NCBI RefSeq assembly: GCF_964355755.1
Contig: NC_092672.1
Span: 5,270,001 to 5,334,000 of the forward strand
Direction of reading: 5' to 3'
DNA: 64,000 bases
Source of the DNA: Antedon mediterranea
Taxonomy: Eukaryota > Animalia > Echinodermata
Below are positions 62,937 through 64,000 of the stretch, piece after piece. The translations under genes and the position numbers were made by a program. Positions within the stretch are counted from its first letter, which is position 1. Each line of letters starts with the position of its first letter. Under the pieces are notes generated by a model that saw nothing but the letters and a program-made list of their open reading frames with translations, made no database searches and was not told where the DNA came from.

Positions 62937-63874
62937 ATTGCATTGACAATATTAGGCTAGTTGCAATGAGTTTAAACTTAATATATTCGATTTTTAATAT
63001 ATCAACAAAACAATTGTTGCAAAAATACCAATTATATTTATTAAAGTATACGTAAACCTGTTTTATATTTACTCTGTATTTTCAAATAATTGAAATGAAT
63101 TACTGATATAAAGTACCGCATAAAGATGCTTAACGCATCCGCATAATAAATCTCTTCTTCCTCGGTCACATTTGCCTAGACAGAAGAAGACTAACCTAAC
63201 CCTCTATCTCTCTCAACTATTAAAAAAAAACACGCTATTGATAGACCTCGAACCCAGGGTTACCTGTACCACTCGACAAAACATTTTGGTTGGGATAGTC
63301 ACGTAAATTGACATGGCATGGTTGTTCAGTCTAGTGTGAACACAGTATTCGATTGGGAACTTTCGTTGTCAACGTAAAGATTCGTTGGGTACTTTTTGTA
63401 TTCGAATTGTAAATTTGTGCTTAACAGAAAGTCATTCGAATAGAAAACGTTGACAACGAAAGCTTTTTCGTTAAGAACAATCTCAACGCTCAAGATACTC
63501 CGCCGTTAAAGAAGTACTAAAGTCTAAATCGAATACGGATCGTTATAAAGAGTGACTCCATTAGAAATAGGTTGCTGCCTCAAAATAACAATACAGGATT
63601 TTAGACGTGTTCCAAAGAAGCATAGGCCTATGTATATATAGAATATAAATGCCTTGTTGTAAGTGGTAAATGGATACTTTATCAACCATATCGTGCAAAC
63701 AGTATCAAAATTACAGGTATATATACACATCCGGCAAGCATCTAGGCAGTAGGCCGCGTAGTGTAGTAGCACGTTGCTTAGTAGTTATCATGCTTGCCTG
63801 CAAATTGAGGGTCATTCAGGCTCTTCTAATTGGGCTTATTTATGAATGAAGATGAAGTGTATAAAGCATGGTTT

Positions 63875-63950
63875 ATAGAGTGTTCATTCAGATAGATTGT
63901 TCATTTAGATAGAGTGTTCATTTAGATAGAGTGTTCATTTAGATAGATTG
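63875..63950. repeat. 17-bp tandem repeat (ATAGAGTGTTCATTTAG), ~4 copies
   Basis: Directly visible. Confidence 0.75.
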
Positions 63951-64000
63951 TATTGTAATTTGCGGCTTGTTAAAAAAAAACACGCGATGGTAACAGCCAA

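Overview
AT-rich, intron-rich animal DNA, probably from a marine invertebrate (taxon not determinable here). It is dominated by two paralogous DEG/ENaC (ASIC-family) channel genes arranged tail-to-tail. Gene A (+, about 12560-42141, 39 coding exons, about 3416 aa by manual splicing) and gene B (-, about 59599-44508, 23 coding exons, about 1558 aa) both have a complete channel scaffold: TM1, FPxVTICN, YGNC.FN, GLKLTL, Cys-rich thumb, WPS and TM2 with GxS. Both carry a large receptor-like insert at the same point in the finger region. The insert in A is 16 LDL-receptor class A modules (one degenerate), 3 SEA domains (two with the G/S autoproteolysis motif), a Thr/Pro mucin, about 1200 aa of acidic tandem repeats ending in a furin-type site, and an EGF module. 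The insert in B is 10 LDLa modules, a Tyr-rich patch and unrelated acidic repeats that also end in a furin-type site. The window also has the 3' end of an RNF34/RFFL-type RING E3 ligase gene, a 206/234-bp satellite encoding a C2H2-like finger, non-autonomous Helitrons, several MITE families, tRNA-derived SINEs and an orphan ORF near the right end. All gene models were spliced by eye.
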